A stretch of 63,201 nucleotides of DNA, counting the filler, from Platydemus manokwari (Eukaryota): NCBI GenBank assembly GCA_037951405.1. It is 5 parts of 5 records of this genome, joined end to end, with 100 filler letters (N's around TTAATTAATTAA, not from the genome) between each part and the next. Parts side by side here need not be neighbours in the genome. Positions count along the whole stretch, not along the records: positions 28,712 to 41,894 come from JBBMOY011805835.1; positions 41,995 to 52,381 come from JBBMOY011137661.1; 3 more parts are not named here. One strand, 5' to 3'. Shown in pieces: positions 39,601 to 52,481 of the stretch. The first letter of the stretch is position 1; each line of letters starts with the position of its first letter. The notes beneath the pieces are model-generated. The model was not told where the DNA came from. It worked only from the letters and a program-made list of their open reading frames with translations, and did not search any database. A program made the translations under genes and the position numbers.

Positions 39601-41864
39601 CATTATCATGAAAATGCTTATCGGTGCCATCATTGTTTAATAAATTATTCTTTATGGTTTCATCACTGGTCACTGAAACTGATCGTGAATCTGATATTTG
39701 TTTACGGCCCCAAAAATATAGAGAATTGAAATTGACACAAGCCACAGAAAAATTAGATCCACAAGCAACTTTCTAAATGACAGGATTTCACGGATTTTAT
39801 TCCAACTCATATATATTTTACATCACCATATATTGTCCACAATACTGCAGAACATTGATATCATTATCTATCTATATCACTTTACAAACAAAATAATATT
39901 TAAAACCAAAAGACTAAATTTGCCATATTTGAATTATTATGATCACATTCTGATGTAATTTTTAAGTTTATTATGTAACATATTTGTTTTATCTAGCCCA
40001 TGATAGCACATGTATTGAACATGTTGATATTTTATAAATTGAGGAATCATTAATTGGACTGCTATCTTAATGAGATACAAAATTGTAAATAGCCATTATT
40101 TGAGTTATATGAAACGAAATTAAAGTTTTAAAATAAGATTGTGAATTTATCTAAATATATATTTGATATTCATCGAATTTTCAAATAGATCTTACCAACA
40201 CAATTCTGAAACTACTTAAATTTCCACATTCAAGATTTATCTCTTGAAGATATCAAAGAATAAATACTCGATAAATGTTTCGAAACAATTTTCCTTGTAA
40301 GGAATAACCTTATATTAATCAACCTATATTCTGTAATATCAATCATGCATCCGTCCATCCTTAAAATATTAGTTTTTATACCAGTTCCTCAATATTATTT
40401 TTTTATTTTAAAAGAGTTTGTGATGTTATGTTGCAAATCATATCACAAAATAAATCACAGAAAGTCGATGAAATGTCATAGGTAAAATGTCCAATGGTTC
40501 ATTTTAACCTGAAAGGATATCCACACTTTATGGATTTAATGTTCTATCTTTGATGAGATGTTTTCCCAGAATACAATCATATCACAAACGTCCAGAATAT
40601 CTACCAATAAACAATTCTGTTACATTATCAACCATTGAATTGCACCAAAATATCAAGATATTTCACAAAATATTTCGAATTATTAGAAAGTGTACCAAAT
40701 AAACTTTACCGTTATTTTATGTTTCTTCATAATTTTGACCTCACAAGGTATCGAAATGTTTTTGCAATTCCCATGACCAAGTTCACCACTACTGTTCAAA
40801 CCAAAGGAAATCACTTTGCCAGATTCACACGTTACGATAGTATGATTGCCACCCATACTGACTTGGTTGACTCTCTGGTGCATTAGGGCTCTGACATGTG
40901 TGAATTCATGAACACCATTTACCACTGGTTGTTGTGCTAGCGTTTTCATACTCATCAGAAATCCCAATCGAGCGTTCAGACCAAGCTTGTTACCTGAATG
41001 CAGTGAAACAGTAAAAATTCTGGAAAGTAGCATCAAAATAGAGGAATATGTGTGGTTTTTTATTTATTTTTACTTATAAGCAAGAAAGGGTTTTAACCCA
41101 AAAACTCATTTCGGCATTTAGAGTGCCAAGAACCAAGTGACCGGATAAAGGGAATGAGATTCATGAATCTCTTTGATACTGATGAGGTATATTGACTACT
41201 AGTGGTTTAATCAGCGTGTAATCACAGCCTTTACACATGTCATACAAAAGTCCATCAGCAAATTCTGTCAAGCTAAGCTATTATTATCATACAGTACTGG
41301 TATTATCGATTTTTATTTATGATATCAACTCGTTTAAATTGTTTAGGAAAATTAAATTGATAATAATTCTTATTAAATACCATAGTTACTGCCAGAAGCC
41401 AATAATGCACCAGTATCTGTCAGCAACATTGTAGCATCTTCAGCGGTGAAGGCATTTCTAATGAGACCTGGCTCTTTCAAATGGATTTGTTGAGGTGAAC
41501 AAAACAAATTTGAACTATCCAATCCTAATTGACCATTGTTATTGCTCCCCCAGGCATAAATAATTCCATCAGAATTTACAACGACAACATGACTTTTGAT
41601 TGAGCTGATACAAACCTATGAGAAAATGAATATATACTAATATTCTTTCAATTAAAATAGGATATTTTCCCGTGCTACAATAAATGAACAGTAATTTTGA
41701 GATTAACTCTTACAATATCGACAGTCAAAAGGCTCTCAATCAATTTCGGTTTGAGAACATCTTTGAAATCACCATGTCCCAAGGATCCACTGACACCACT
41801 ACCACATGTCATGATTATTCCATTTTCTGATCCAAAAATCGAGAAATTGGTTCCACAAGCGATT
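36686..41864 (-). CDS. NEK8/NEK9-family protein: RCC1 repeats plus C-terminal tail; 5' part (expected kinase domain) cut off by the gap
   Basis: In-phase exons 41864-41714, 41615-41381, 40993-40710, 39772-39574, 38698-38596, 38551-38405, 38281-38149, 38092-37892, 37231-37019, 36775-36686 (TAA). RCC1 blades IACG..GIIMTCGSG..GSLGHG, YAWGSNNNGQLGL, GSNYGNKLGL, FGLNSSGELGHG and VACGSNFSVA..YFWG parallel NEK8; IPTWIKNEL plus a terminal coiled coil parallel NEK9. The kinase domain is not visible. Confidence 0.85.
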
Positions 41865-41894
41865 CTAAATCATGGATGGAATCAATATACATAC

Positions 41895-41994
41895 NNNNNN
41901 NNNNNNNNNNNNNNNNNNNNNNNNNNNNNNNNNNNNNNTTAATTAATTAANNNNNNNNNNNNNNNNNNNNNNNNNNNNNNNNNNNNNNNNNNNN
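41895..41994. other. Assembly gap with six-frame-stop linker
   Basis: 44 N + TTAATTAATTAA + 44 N. Confidence 0.98.
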
Positions 41995-44900
41995 AAAATC
42001 AATAAATTATAATATTTAATTATAAAATTATCATTGTTATTAGATCTATTAAACTATCAATAATTACAAAATGATTATAAATAAACAAAAATAAATCAAA
42101 AGTTATTTAAAAATTAAATAATAACTAAATATTAAAATTATATAATTATAATATAAATGTAAATATAATATAAATATAAAAATTGTACATCTTTTATAAT
42201 AAGCGAACTTGGTTGGATGCCAAGTATTCATGTTTCAATAAATAAAATTTTAGAGAAACCTTAAAACAGTTCTTGATATTTCTACCACAAAAACACTTAT
42301 TAACCAACATTTAAACTCGCTGTATTCATTTACCGCTTGACTTTGCTTTGTTTCCAATTGTTTGTCTCAAATCTTGATTACATGACCATGTTTTGAATTT
42401 GCTTATATTATTATTGGTGGATTTGTGTTTCTCAAAAAGCATAACCAACAATTATATTAATTAATTAACAAGGTCAATAAGGGAAAATTTTATTTAAAGG
42501 ACTGAATTGCTAGCAATCAACAACAACAAGAGTCAAAATTATCGATTTCTGATATATTAAAGGAGAATTGAGACGATTCTAATTTGTCTGCATTAACTAT
42601 TCCGACTACAAAGTATCTTCATTATCAAGCTTTCTGTAGTGAATTATTGAACTACTTTACCGCTTTAATGAATTTACTTCTTTCATTCAACAGAAAGATT
42701 TCTCTTCATATTTTAATCGTCAATAGTTAAAATTGATTTGAAACGCTATCAATTCACTAAGAACTCCGAACTAAGTATAAATTATATTAAGAACTTTTAG
42801 AAAAAATTAAACCTATTGAGTTAAATTTATACGATATCATTAATTAGTCTATTTAAACAAATATCTTGACTTTCTTATAAATACTGAAACGAAATCTCTG
42901 AATAATTATGACTTACTAAATACTTGAAGACATTTAAGCGATTTGTTAATGGTTATTTTTCAGGCTTACGCGCTAATTTGATTTTCGTCATACTAATGCG
43001 ATGATATCATAATAATTAAGAGGTTAATTAAATTTTGGGTTTTTCTTCACCAACAAATTGTCAATATCGATTATAATATTCTTCACTTTCATTAGCAAAT
43101 AAGTTGAATTATTTTTAAAAGTTTCTTGGTAATTAAATTTTTCTAAACACGAAGAAAATTTATCTTGAAACATGATAAAAAAATTCCAATTGATGTCATT
43201 GAAGAGATTCTAAACAAAACATTGTTGTCGAAACATTCAAATGAGTTTCGCTTTCGATTCGCTCTATGAGTCTATGTGGAAATTAAGTTCAAGGAAATGA
43301 ACGATGAAACAAAAGGAGAATAAATTTATGGAAATGAATTTATGACATGAATTTTTTCAACGATATTAGATAAAAAAAAAGATATCGATATCAAATCTAA
43401 GGAAATCACATCAAATTATTCACTCTATATATGATTTTGTAATTTTTCTACTTAACGCTATCGATTATGCTTTAAATCGCTAAATTTAAAATTTTTACTC
43501 TTGTGCATTCAAAACTATCTCGTTTTTATTTAAATTTTTTATTACTAACACTTAACTCTTGACGAGTTTTAGTTTTGGGGCTTTGTGTTTGATAATATCA
43601 ACATGTAGTGTATCGATAGACAGATTTCGCAGTCATTTTAATCATCAATATTGGATACGATCATGGATCCACCGGTTCATAATGATCTTTCCAGTATATT
43701 AGAAATCGCAGAAACTTCATTCAGCTTCTCTATCGCGATCAATATATTGCCACTGTCATTATTATTATTTTTAAAGCCTAATTCAAGTTAATTAATTATA
43801 TAAAAAAATGAAATTAAACGTCCATTAAATTGTCAGACGTAATCGATTAATTTGTGCAAATTAAGAAATCCTTATTCGATTAAAACTGATAATTATATTA
43901 ACGAATGATTTCATCAATTAAGATTTCATGCAAATTCCATAATTGGTTTAATTTTTCTTGAGTTTTGACTTGTTCATTTAACAAATTGACGTGGTTAATT
44001 TTTTAATAGGCCTACTAGTGGATTATTCAGATACACATGGCATTTCTATCATCGACCTACATTCTACATATAAATGTTTGTTGGATTGTATAAAAGACAT
44101 TCTTATTGAAAATTAAATAATAGATTTGATGTTTGTTTTTTTATATCAATAAGTCCGGATTCCAAGGCAACTGTTAATTCGATTATTTTTTCAAAAATGA
44201 AATAATAATTTAAAAATTTTAAAATTTATTTTAAAATTATTTTAATAGATGAATCTTAATCAAAAATTCCCTTCACCATTCATTATAAATTATTAAAAAT
44301 ATAATATATATTAAAAACAAAAATACCAGATCGATTTAGAGTGAAATATATTCATAATATTTGAGCACACACACACACATATATATATTCTGCAGATGAT
44401 TTAAGATGCCACGTTTTGGGTTTTTATTCGTCAGTAACATCATTGACGACAATTTTTTCTATTATTTCGCTTTTAAATTTTATAATAATCTCTTTAATTT
44501 CTATAAATCATCGTTCCTATAGACAATTTGAAAACATTATTTGTCTTCTATTAGTAATAATGTCAGTAATTTTTATTGGAATTGAAAAAAAAATAGCTAA
44601 AAATAGATTGACCAAACCAGTTAAATCCATCCAAATTATAAGCTGTGTTCAAAATAGTTTGTCACCTTCATCATTTATATATAAATGCACTACGAGAATT
44701 CGAGATGTGGTTCTTGAAGTTATAGACTTTTCTTTAATTATGAAGGTTTTAATTATGATAATCATCCAGGAGATAAGAAAAGCAAATATTTCAGCTAGAC
44801 AATAAGCTATTCCTTAAACTAACTTTTCTCCAGAAATAAATATTTGTCTTCTCAGCTCAGTTTCAATAAAAGATTCAGTCAGTGTTCAATCAAATTTTAA

Positions 44901-46503
44901 AAGTTGTTTAAACTATCGGATGGCAAGTTTTTTTTAAGTATAAGGCGATTTGGACATTTTAAACGATAACTACGACATCTGAAAAATTGAAAATCAGCAG
45001 AATAAGCTAAACTTCGTCACGATATTACAACACTAAATGTTTTAAAACTTTTATTTTTATGCCAAAGAGGCTTTTTGCTATAATCGCGAGTATAATTAGC
45101 AGGATATTTTTTGTGAGAAATTTACAAAAATCTGAACTTTTATACCTGAAGATAAGCGAAGAATTTAACCCGTTTTGATCGAATATTTTGTTTTGTTTTC
45201 CACAATTTCCGTTAGTCTGCAGTCAAAGATTTTTCAGACTACTAGGAAACCGCAATGACGGTCTCGAAAACCCTGAAATACTTTGTGTCAAAAACATTTC
45301 TACAGATTTCTACACTGTACTTCACACTGATAAATGCTTCAATACGTGGCTTAGAAATAAATTCGAATATCCCCATTTTCATAAAAGGCATTACAATTAC
45401 TTATAAGTCAATGATTTCGGAACTTCACAAGTCTTTCTAAGCTACAACATAAGATTATTTGGATCAGATGATTGTCAATACATTTCTCCAAATAGTCGCT
45501 ATATAATTGATGAACTTATTTCTCTATTATATTATTGTTTCCTTTCTAATTTTATGCAGGAAGTAAATACAATGTTCAGAACACTATTCGTGACATACAC
45601 GACATTGAACGAAATAGATTTTGTTGTTGGTTAATTTTCTGATGAAATAAAATAAAATTTAAAATGCTAAGTTTTATATGATCATTTTTGACGAATCATT
45701 GATAAATAACTCTGTAATAGCGGCCATCTTATGTATAGTATTGGCTTACTATTTCATCAATTTCTCAATTGTGGAATAATTAAAGATTTCATATTACATT
45801 TCTGTGCTTTAAAAAACAATTGGTTCCCAATTAACACATATCATCAAATATTGAATTCGTCTTTCAAACAATTACACCATATGGTTCCACATAAACCAAA
45901 AGACTATGTAAAAGCAATATGCGGTAAAAACAGGCGATTATGAACAACTAATAGTCTTAGTCTACGTATTAGACGCTCTCAACTACATAAATAACTTAAT
46001 AATCCTATTGGCCTAACCTTGAAAAGGCAATAAAAATATTTATATTAAAATAATTTATTGATTTATGAAAATTGTAACACATTTTTTGATTAGAGGGCGA
46101 TTCTTTTCATTGAAATATGAAAGATTTTCGGTTTCATCAAATTTCTGTTCAAATATATCTGGCATTTTTCACCAGGAAATGCGAATATTCCTAACTGATA
46201 TTGAGATAAATGAAAGTAAAAACATTTTTGGTTATTTCAAATTTTTGCCTACAAAATCTTCTCTAGGACCATCTACCAATCAAAGTGATAACGCAAATAA
46301 TAACTGTTTATGCTAGCTACAACATTTAAATTATTCGAATTATTTACAACAATCGATAAGAGATCCAGTGGAATATGTATTCGATAAACAGATTATTTAA
46401 AATTTTTTTTCTACTCATTAAAATATATTCAAGGGACGCTTTAATAAGATGATTATAAATATTCAAGAGAAGTTCTTGATCAGAATAAATTTTAATTCCA
46501 ATA

Positions 46504-47022
46504 TATAGGATTGGAACGAAAGTCTTGTCCGACATAAAATAATATTTATTTAACCAAACCAATAAAGACAATACGTAAATTGAGAAATATAAACAAAACA
46601 TCAATCGTCTGTAAATCTGAAAAATTTCAATGTTTTATGAAGAAATGTTTAGTTTAAATGCATTATTAAAATCTTTTTTAAATATTTAATTTCTATTTTA
46701 TACTTGAATAATTGTTTCAGACTATTCTCTGTTTTCTTCTATGAAAAACTAACTTCATAGGAAAATGTATCACTCCGCTGAAAAAGTTAACGATGATTTG
46801 GTAAAGTGTTTCGCTTGAAAAGTTGCGGAATTCTATGAGAACGGCATAAAACAACTTTAAGAACGCTGGCAAAAGTGTGTGGACCTTAATTATGACTATT
46901 TTCAATATTTCAGATTTACAGACCAATGATGTTTTGTTTATATTTCTCAATTTACATATTGTCTTTATTGGTTAAATAAATATTATTTTACATCGGACAA
47001 GACTTTCGTTCCAATCCCAATA
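46504..47022 (+). mobile_element. Non-autonomous mariner derivative with about 115-bp inverted ends and a transposase C-terminal remnant
   Basis: 46506-46622 is the near-identical reverse complement of 46908-47020 (GGATTGGAACGAAAGTCTTGTCCGA...), with TA at both flanks. 46717-46908 translates to SDYSLFSSMKN*LHRK...EFYENGIKQL*ERWQKCVDLNYDYF, the mariner SDY.LF...FY..GI..L.ERW.K signature. Confidence 0.9.
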
Positions 47023-47647
47023 TTTCGAGTGAACTTAAAATTCTAAGCTGTGATTTAATCTATGATTCTAGCATCAGAATGATAATTGTTGTATACACAA
47101 TATCAACGACAATTAAATGAAAATGACTACTCGTACACGAATAAGTTTAGTTATGGAATAGATAAAAAAACCAATTATATTTGGAAGATGAGAAAATTTT
47201 CCGAGCTCATTCAACTGACTGATTTGTTCAGGCTAATATTGACTAGTTAGTGTCAATTGAAAAATTCATTAAATCAAGCAATTCCAAAGTTACTGAAATT
47301 CAATTTTAAAAAAACTAAAATCAAATCTTGTAAATACATTATCGAAAAAATGTCCAACGATATATCCAATGAGATACTTTTACGAAAATATAAATGAACT
47401 ATTTATTTTCAATCAAAAACGATTGGATTTCTTGAAAAATTAAAAAATATATAAATTTTACTTTTATTTCGCTTAAAGTAATTCGTTCTTTCGGTAATTT
47501 GTTGAGCATTCTATTCAAAAGATCACTGGCTTCTGGACTGATGGGTGGACTAGAAAATAAAATACGAAATATCAATGTATCATATAAATAGACTCAAAGT
47601 TAGAAGAAAAAATGTTCTTGATAGATGAGATTGACGAAAATCCATTG

Positions 47648-48043
47648 CAGTGGTTCTCAACTCCTGGGCCTCGATCTCAAATGGGGGCTGAAAGCGTTTT
47701 CAAAAAGGTTGCCGAGTTATGGTAAGTGTACAAGCCATTATGTGTGAACAATCGTGTTTAATGATGCTGTTAAATAAATAGTTTGTGATGCTGATTAAAC
47801 TACTTCTGTTCACAATTACCTTGACTGCTACAGTTAAGTATTTTATAGGTAATGTTATTATATGATAATCTTATTATTAAAGGCAATTCATTACTTGTTG
47901 TAAACCAATGAAATGTTGCAAATTGGTTTTATTAAATATGATGAGTTATGATTTATTTTTAGTAAAATTAATTTTCTTTGGAGTCTCCAAGATCTTAAAA
48001 ATGGGAAAATGAATCGCCATAGAAAAAAGGTTGAGAACCGCTG
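47648..48043. mobile_element. hAT (Charlie-type) MITE, about 396 bp
   Basis: Terminal inverted repeats CAGTGGTTCTCAAC / GTTGAGAACCGCTG (13/14 match); the 8-bp flanks do not match, so no TSD is preserved. Confidence 0.7.
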
Positions 48044-49107
48044 TTAGAGTCTAAATTATTAAAATTATAATAAAATAAATTACAGAATCGGAATATTAAT
48101 TAAATATCATGTATTCTGTAACATATCCCCATCAAATTTTGTTTGAATTATCAGTTGTGTGATCATTGATGGAATGTGTTAGTTCTCACATTATCCATAT
48201 AAGCTAACAATGAACAAATTACCAATAGTTGAAAACGGTCAACAAACAATATTGGTGTTAATGTTAATCAAGCGTGGAAATATTCTTATCAATTGTATCA
48301 ATTATCGAATATTTCTCATTATAAATATTTTAATAATAAAAACATAATATTGATTAAAGTACACTAATCAGCGGAAGATTTTTAAATAATGTTTTTTACG
48401 GTGTACCAATGAACGAACAGTCAACAATAATGTTTTGTTTCTTTGAATCCACTGAATACATTTTGAGATAATCTATATTAATAACTTCTCCCAACATTGC
48501 CTTCTGCTGCAATGGACGGCAAAGTAATTTATAAAAATAAAAAAAAATCTAATTCACTGTACTTATAAAGGTAGTCAATTCAATTAAAGATTTTATCAGT
48601 GTTTCGAGTAACGTTTGTTGTTTTCGTTTATTATTATTATTATTATCGTTTTACAATGTATTAATCATAGCCGATACTGGATAATCGGTAAAAATATATT
48701 TCAATTAGGGTGAATCTACATGCATCCAATATGATTACAGATAAATTTAATCATTCAACTGCTCTGTACTGGTAATCATAACATAATACCTGATTATATC
48801 TGTCATTAGATTTAAACAAATAATATACACAATAATATTTTACTTTAAGGATTTATATTCGAAGATTTATAAACAGATTAAATTCATTTTATAAATATTA
48901 TTAATAGTCCAGTTATCAATACAAACAAACATCTATTTTAATATAAGTTATGCGAATTATTTATGAAATAATAAATAATATCTGGATAGGCATTTTTGTC
49001 AAATGTCAAATGCTTTAGTAGATCATTATATATATGTTTCATTTCATATTTTTTTAAATCTTATCATCAGAATTTCTTTATAGCTTTCAATTTAGAGAGC
49101 AATTTAT

Positions 49108-49656
49108 TGTTGGGTATGCCACAAATTAGTCTAAAAGGTCCCAAGAACCAGGAAAAACCCTTAAACGGGTCAATACACACAAACCCGATAAACACACGTG
49201 CCTTTAACCAATTAGATTTGTTCTAATGTTAATCCATATTTAGAAACTGAGAATCGACAGGCACATGCCTACAGAAGGCAGCAAGCCCAAATATCCGCCA
49301 ATGACATAAGAGAGATAAGGAAAATCTCAAGTAAATCAATCAACAAACAAATTTAGCGAATTGAAAACGAAGGTCCAAGCAGACACACCCGATAGGCCTA
49401 TAAAAGAGGCTGAATTTCATGGATTTTTGCCAGTCTTTTTGGTCGGTAACTTTTGTGCTTAACTTATGTGTGATTTCAGTAATCAGTCTCTTTTGATTAC
49501 TCTTTATTCTGTGTTTGACTTTCGGGCGCTGATCCCATCTTGAGTGATTTTCTTAGTGTATAGAATAAATAATTTTTATTTTATATTGAGATTTCGAGTG
49601 TATCATTTTGGTTAATATAGCTTTGTAGATTCAAATAGTTGTTTAATAACCCAACA
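49108..49656 (+). mobile_element. Solo LTR, 549 bp
   Basis: Perfect 8-bp terminal inverted repeat TGTTGGGT...ACCCAACA (TG..CA ends), TATAAAAG at 49399, AATAAA at 49564, 4-bp flanks TTAT/TTAC (TSD with one mismatch). Confidence 0.75.
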
Positions 49657-51557
49657 TTACTAACAAATTACATTCAATACATGAAGATATTTTTACCCAG
49701 AAAACTGTTATTAACAGTATGATAATAGAAAAGATGGTATATTATAAAAACAATGGGTAATAAATTCAAAATAAGTTCAAAAGTTTAAACAATAATACAT
49801 GAAAATTTATTATTTTTTTGGATAAAAACTATTTATAAAACAACTTCAGTAATTTGTACGAGTAAATAATTATTCAGATTATATTTTCTTAGGAATTCTT
49901 AGAGAAAACGTCGATAATTCAATTGCGGTTCTAATATTGGAACAGAAAATCACGGTAATATGCTTTTAAAATTACCACACACACTTATATACGTAGTATA
50001 TACATAAAATAGTTTATGGCTAAAATGAATAATAGTTCTCATTACATTTCGTACAAATCTCTTTGAAAAAAGTCAAAATTGATGATTGATCAAATTAGAG
50101 TGACTTTGTTGAAATTCAACAACATCTTGAACTCGTTGCCAAGAGTGCGGATTTGCAAAAATTTCTGTTTGAACTTTTTATTACTTGAAACCATCATCTC
50201 AAATTAGAGTTATATAAAGACAATTATGCCATTGATCATGTTGTAGTCGAAATATTTGTCTTGAAAATGCGTAAAAGGTTTATCCATTTTCATCCAGAAA
50301 ACCTTTGGTTTAAAAGTGCCAATGTTGATATTTATGGAGCCGTTTTAGATAATAATAATAATTCATTTTATCATCTTTAAAATATTTTTAAAAATTTCAA
50401 ATCATTCTTGAACACAAGGGGAATTTAAAATTAAAAGCTACTCTTAACAAAATCATGTCCAATTCTAATTATACAGCAAAAACAGGATGAAATTTTGGAA
50501 TCTGATGGTGTTGTTGACGCAAAGAAATCTTTTAATTTTATACATGTGAAGTTGTTCTGTGGTTCGATAGAAAGAATTCTAAAGATTACTTGATAAAACA
50601 TTGTTTTGTTTTTAAGAATTTAAATGGCAGATAATGATTTAATTTTCAGTAAAGTTAGAATAATCGGAAGAGGAAAAAGTGAATAATGGATTCTGGATGG
50701 ATTATTGAGACCAGTGATAACAAAATATTTAAACTAATTGTTAGCGGTCAGAATATAATAACTAGAGAAATCAAAGAACATTTTTCAAGACAATTTTATT
50801 ATTGTAGTATTTTCAACAAAGCCACGTTATATGAATGTCTGACAAGTGAGGAGAGAAAAATTTGAAAAATTAATTTTTTGTTCTTAATTATCTTTTAAAG
50901 CTAAATGAAATTGATTTATTTTTAAAATAGACTGTGATAAACGATGAAAACTGGAATATGTGTAACGATGTTGAAGAGTGACCCTCGAAGAGGGAAGATA
51001 TCTATGAAATATGATTTACATAAGAAGAATATTATGCTACGTGAACCAAATAATTAATTGGAAAAATGATGTTCAATAAAAAAGACAATTAAGGAGAGTA
51101 ATTTATGAGGAGTCTTAATTTGAGAAAAGAAAATGGATTACATTCTATTAATTCAATGGTTGAATAAATTATTTTGGTCAATGCCCTTGTTTTTTGCACT
51201 TTTTTCTTCATCTTTAAAGCTCAGAGCTTCTATGAGAGAAAAGTCGACAAGTAAAACCGCGCACAATACATTCACGAAACTTAATATTTATTAAACCAAA
51301 TTTTTCGATATTTGGATCATCAAAATAAACTTTAATTTCGTTGTTTATCACCCAGATATTAAAAGTTGATAATTTTAAATTTTTTAATATCAAAAGTACT
51401 TCAAATTACTGACTCGATTAACAGAAACAATATTTTATTATATAAATATATTTACATAGATTTTATTTTTATTCAAAAATTTGTATCGACAATACGCAGT
51501 TATCAGTGTGAACACACATCTCGCCAATATCGATGCTGGTGTTACTGTCATCTAAAC

Positions 51558-51680
51558 CAGGAGTGGTCAACCGGTCGATCGCGATCGACTGGTCAATCTT
51601 GAAGCCAATTTTAGTCGGTCGCGTGAGATGTTATTCAAATGAAAAGCCGATCTTACGTACAAAAAAGTTGGCCACCTCTG
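51558..51680 (+). mobile_element. 123-bp hAT MITE (copy 1)
   Basis: TIRs CAGGAGTGGTCAAC / GTTGGCCACCTCTG; perfect 8-bp TSD ATCTAAAC (51550-51557, 51681-51688); homologous to 53858-53962. Confidence 0.92.
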
Positions 51681-52381
51681 ATCTAAACGATGGGTTTGTT
51701 ACCTACTAGCTACTTACCATAGGTCTAAGTAGAGTTTTCTTATGTAAAAGACTTGTGTTATTCAATGAAAAATAAGGTCATCATTATACAATATATCTTT
51801 TGTATGAAGAAAATAAAACAAAATAAAATATTAATACAATATAAAACAAAATATAATGTCACAGATAATATATTGAACTGAAATAGCAATATCGAATCAA
51901 AAATTACTAAAATGTAAATTAAAACTACGATAAAGTAATAAAACAATAACAGCGAACAATGATACAACTTAAATAATATAAAAGCAAACTGAAACCCATT
52001 AAGGCGAAACCGGATTTCAAACATTTTGTCTGATCTAAGTCTGACTTTTTAGTATTTACATTTACAGCGCACTCTGTATAATGTCTAGTGTTTGTGTTCC
52101 ATAGAGCTTTGTGGGATAAATTTCCTGCTATTAACCTTTATTATATTGGAGAAAGATCTTTTTAATGATGACGATAAACAAATTCCGAGAAAATGTAAGA
52201 CATTCTTGAATAATTGAAGATGAAAAGTTTTAAAACACAATATATATAATTCATATAATACATATAATAGTATAAATTACCTTCATCCATGAATCGATAT
52301 CATTATTCAACTTTATTATTAACGTTTTTTTCCGTTAAAATGCATTCATTAATATTTTATTGATTCTCCATAATTTAAATT

Positions 52382-52481
52382 NNNNNNNNNNNNNNNNNNN
52401 NNNNNNNNNNNNNNNNNNNNNNNNNTTAATTAATTAANNNNNNNNNNNNNNNNNNNNNNNNNNNNNNNNNNNNNNNNNNNN
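52382..52481. other. Assembly gap with six-frame-stop linker
   Basis: 44 N + TTAATTAATTAA + 44 N. Confidence 0.98.
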
